From a bacterium (GTDB lineage Bacteria > Patescibacteriota > Patescibacteriia > Patescibacteriales > UBA12465), in contig JAUYNJ010000008.1 of NCBI GenBank assembly GCA_030696105.1, positions 18,030-82,029 of the forward strand: DNA of 64,000 nucleotides. The letters run 5' to 3'. Below the pieces are notes generated by a model. That model searched no databases. It was given only the letters and a program-made list of their open reading frames with translations, and was not told the DNA's origin. Positions 60,970 to 64,000 of this stretch are shown here, one piece after another. Position numbers and translations under genes: made by a program. Numbering within the stretch: the stretch's first letter is position 1; the number at the start of each line of letters is the position of its first letter.

Positions 60970-63900
60970 ATGTTAAAAACTAAGAGAATGAAAATCTGGC
61001 ACACGCTTGTGTATTTGTTATTTTTTGCTATCGGCGCTTTGTTTTACGGTCATTTGGCGCAAGCAGCCGCGACCAGCGTATCAATTCAAACTCCCGATTC
61101 TATAAATAAGGCTTACGCTAAGCCAAATAGCACTATCCCTGTATTATATTATGTAACTGCCGACCCGCCCGGCTTTTCCGCGTTTTACGGCATAAATCTT
61201 ATAAAAGATGGTGCATCCTACTCATATAATCAGTTTAACAGAACTTTTTTAGAGGGAAGTCAGGGTTATGGAGATGATTTTAATGTTGGCACTCCCGGCG
61301 ATGGTCTTTATGATCTGTATATTAATATCCTCGGTGCTCATGATACTAATTTATCTTCAGTCGTAGTTGATGGCACCGCACCGACTGTTCCTACCGTTAT
61401 TTATCCCAGTGCGTCCGGTATATATTTAAAACCAAGCAATCCTGTTTTGATTAGATGGACTGCTTCTACAGATGCTAATTTCGGTGCGACGCCAATTAGA
61501 GTTGTTTATTCTCTGACTGGAACATTTTTGGATGGCGTGACAATTGTTAATTTGCCTGCCACCGCTACGTCGACGACCTGGTATCCACCAGCAGTGAATG
61601 TTAACACTGCTAAAGTCGCAGTTATTGCGACTGATTTAGCGGGTAACACAATCAATGATGTTTCTAATTATGCATTTACAATTGATAATACAGCACCTGT
61701 TATTAAAGCTGGCGCATATGTTGTTTTAAGTTCACCGGCGACGCCGGGGGCGACTGCAACCGATAATTACACAAGCGGAGCTAACTTAACTTATGCTTGG
61801 TCACAAGTTTCTGGTCCTGGAAGTATATCTTTTTCAAATAATGCAATTTTAAATCCAGTTATTTCCGCTAGCGTCAGTGGCACCTATGTAGCTAGTTTAA
61901 CTGTGACCGATCAGGCGGGAAATCAGTCTACCGATACTTTCTCTTTCCTTTGGGATGGTAACCCAGGAGCATTTAATATAACTGCCCCGACAATCGGACA
62001 AATCATTCGCGGCTCAAGTAATACAAGCGTGGCATGGACCCTTCCTCCCGATTCTGATTTGAGTCACTTTGATATTCATTACTCGACTAATAACGGGGGG
62101 GATTGGACGCTTGTGACATCAAACCTAGCTTCAACTACGACCTCTTATTCCTGGGCGGTGCCAGCTGCAAACTCTGATCAGAGTGTAGTGCGTGTTACCG
62201 CTTATGATGTTGACGGAAATAACACTCCTTCTGTTTCTGATAGTTTTATTATTGATAGCACTGCTCCAAGCATCACCATCACTAGCCCAAATCTAGGGAT
62301 TATCAACACCCCCACCGCTTCTGGCGCTTCCGCTACTGATGTAAACGGTATCGCATCTTATGCTTGGACAAAATTTTCTGGTCCTGGCACAATTACCTTT
62401 GCTACTTCGTCAACCATCGCTAACCCCACCATGGCTGCTGATGCTGACGGTGCTTATGTTGCTCGTCTAACCGTGACAGATAATGCTGGAAATACGAGTA
62501 CGTCCGATGTTAGTTTTACTTGGGACACTACTGGGCCAGATATTACTATAGCGAACGCTAACTTAGGTGCTATCAATACTCCAACAGCCTCAGGCGCTTC
62601 CGCTACTGATGCAAACGGCGTCGCTTCCTATGCTTGGACAAAAGTTTCTGGACCAGGCACAATTACTTTCGCTCCTTCAGCGACAAGTACTGACCCAGTC
62701 ATGTCCGCTAGTGAAGATGGCGCTTACGTCGCGCGTTTCACCGTGACAGATACTGTTGGTAACAGCAGTACATCCGATGTAAATTTCACTTGGGACACCA
62801 CTGCTCCAAATATCACAATAACAAATTCAAATTTAGGCGCTATAAGAGTAGCAACTGCTTCCGGCGCTTCCGCCTCTGATACAAACGGTATCGCTTCCTA
62901 TGCTTGGACAAAAGTTTCTGGCACTGGCACCATCACCTTTAGTTCCTCGGCAACGATAGCTAATCCCACCATGGCTGCTAACACTGACGGTGCTTACGTT
63001 GCGCGTTTAACCGTGACAGATAATGCTGGAAATACGAGCACGTCGGATGTTAGTTTTATCTGGGACACTACTGGGCCAGATATTACAATAACGAATGCTA
63101 GCTTAGGGGCTATTAATACTCCAACAGCCTCAGGTGCATCCGCGACTGATGCAAACGGCGTCGCTTCCTATGCTTGGACCAAAGTCTCTGGTCCTGGCAC
63201 CATCACCTTCGCCGCCTCCGCCGCGATTGCTAATCCAACTATGGCTGCTAATACCAATGGCGTTTATGTTGCTCGTCTTACTGTGACTGATATGGCCGGT
63301 AACACTAATACTTCTGATGTTAACTTCATTTGGGATACTATCGCGCCGACTATTACAATAACAAATTCAAATTTAGGCGCCATTAGAGTCGCAACTGCTT
63401 CCGGTGCTTCCGCCTCTGATACAAATGGCATTGCCTCTTATTCCTGGGCTAAATTTTCAGGTCCTGGTACCATCACCTTCGCTTCTTCCGCGACTATAGC
63501 TAACCCGACAATGTCCGCTGATGCTGACGGTGCTTATGTTGCTCGTTTAACTGTCACTGACAATGCCGGCAATACTAATAATGCTAATGTTAATTTCACC
63601 TGGGACAGCACTGCTCCTGTCATTACCATTAATCCCATCACTCCTGACCCAACCGGTGACTCCACTCCTACCTTCACCGGCAACGCCACTGACGCACTAA
63701 ACAATATCAGCGGCGTCGAATATCAAGTTGATGGCGGCGGCAGCTGGATTGCTTGCACAGCGGCTGATGGTAGTTTCAATTCAAGCAATGAAAACTATAC
63801 TTGCACCATTTCTCCCGCCCTCATTGAAGATGTGCATATCGTCAATGTCAGGTCCACCGATGCAATCGGCAATACTTCTGACGGCTCCGTCTCTGATACT

Positions 63901-64000
63901 TTCACGGTTAATCTCTCTGGTCCTAGTATTACACCCATGAGCGATAGGGCAGAGAAAGTTCAATTTAATCAGGATGCTACTACTGTTAATGCGACGTCTT
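60970..64000 (+). CDS. Large secreted Ig/PKD-like repeat surface protein, 3'-truncated (not in ORF track)
   Basis: ATG at 60970, signal peptide ending AQA; the frame appears open to the window end (about 1010 codons); Thr/Ser/Ala-rich repeats with YAWTKxSGPG and LTVTDxAGN. Confidence 0.9.
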   Translation, partial: MLKTKRMKIWHTLVYLLFFAIGALFYGHLAQAAATSVSIQTPDSINKAYAKPNSTIPVLYYVTADPPGFSAFYGINLIKDGASYSYNQFNRTFLEGSQGYGDDFNVGTPGDGLYDLYINILGAHDTNLSSVVVDGTAPTVPTVIYPSASGIYLKPSNPVLIRWTASTDANFGATPIRVVYSLTGTFLDGVTIVNLPATATSTTWYPPAVNVNTAKVAVIATDLAGNTINDVSNYAFTIDNTAPVIKAGAYVVLSSPATPGATATDNYTSGANLTYAWSQVSGPGSISFSNNAILNPVISASVSGTYVASLTVTDQAGNQSTDTFSFLWDGNPGAFNITAPTIGQIIRGSSNTSVAWTLPPDSDLSHFDIHYSTNNGGDWTLVTSNLASTTTSYSWAVPAANSDQSVVRVTAYDVDGNNTPSVSDSFIIDSTAPSITITSPNLGIINTPTASGASATDVNGIASYAWTKFSGPGTITFATSSTIANPTMAADADGAYVARLTVTDNAGNTSTSDVSFTWDTTGPDITIANANLGAINTPTASGASATDANGVASYAWTKVSGPGTITFAPSATSTDPVMSASEDGAYVARFTVTDTVGNSSTSDVNFTWDTTAPNITITNSNLGAIRVATASGASASDTNGIASYAWTKVSGTGTITFSSSATIANPTMAANTDGAYVARLTVTDNAGNTSTSDVSFIWDTTGPDITITNASLGAINTPTASGASATDANGVASYAWTKVSGPGTITFAASAAIANPTMAANTNGVYVARLTVTDMAGNTNTSDVNFIWDTIAPTITITNSNLGAIRVATASGASASDTNGIASYSWAKFSGPGTITFASSATIANPTMSADADGAYVARLTVTDNAGNTNNANVNFTWDSTAPVITINPITPDPTGDSTPTFTGNATDALNNISGVEYQVDGGGSWIACTAADGSFNSSNENYTCTISPALIEDVHIVNVRSTDAIGNTSDGSVSDTFTVNLSGPSITPMSDRAEKVQFNQDATTVNATS
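62254..63603 (+). repeat. Five tandem 270-bp (90-aa) coding repeats
   Basis: Units start at 62254, 62524, 62794, 63064 and 63334; a diverged unit lies at 61684-61953. Confidence 0.92.

Noticed and set aside
62254..63603. Tandem repeats as a CRISPR array or DGR template/variable pair
   Set aside because: The units are 270-bp in-frame coding repeats without spacers. Differences are not adenine-specific, and no cas or reverse transcriptase gene is present.
63728..63963. Two short ORFs at the window end
   Set aside because: They lie out of frame or antisense within the long surface-protein gene.

Overview
Core-genome window of a small-genome bacterium with the hallmarks of Patescibacteria/CPR, probably Parcubacteria. 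This is an inference from CPR-type surface repeats, AT-rich translation starts without a Shine-Dalgarno (SD) motif and the gene complement. The standard genetic code fits. The window holds the 3' end of dnaJ, a LexA/UmuD-like plus Y-family polymerase cassette with an SOS box, tatD, a complete F1Fo ATPase operon, uppP, and CIRCE-controlled groES-groEL and clpB. It also holds envelope genes (mltG, DUF3160-like, two GT-C-like membrane proteins, three GT2s, galU, murA), tRNA-modification and charging genes (miaB, miaA, mtaB, gatB), and a dTTP operon ending in a tmk-dut fusion. The rest includes rplU, recR/ybaB/dnaB, three tRNAs, PadR-PspC, ECF sigma and ArsR-thioredoxin-ArsP modules, two NUDIX genes (one interrupted), fmt, dedA, def and the 5' part of a large repeat-rich surface protein that the ORF track missed. 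No CRISPR array, integrase or transposase was found. The most notable observations are: (1) a nested-hairpin element next to tRNA-Glu, bounded by an inverted copy of the T-arm and a direct copy of the tRNA 3' end; (2) a ClpB with a ClpP-docking IGF loop; (3) a promoter- and terminator-delimited structured RNA of about 140 nt; (4) a leader hairpin motif shared by two SD/MKK-type orphan units; (5) a two-carboxylate Na+-type c subunit; (6) an outer-membrane beta-barrel-like protein in a presumed monoderm. All annotations come from motif recognition by eye; no database searches were run.
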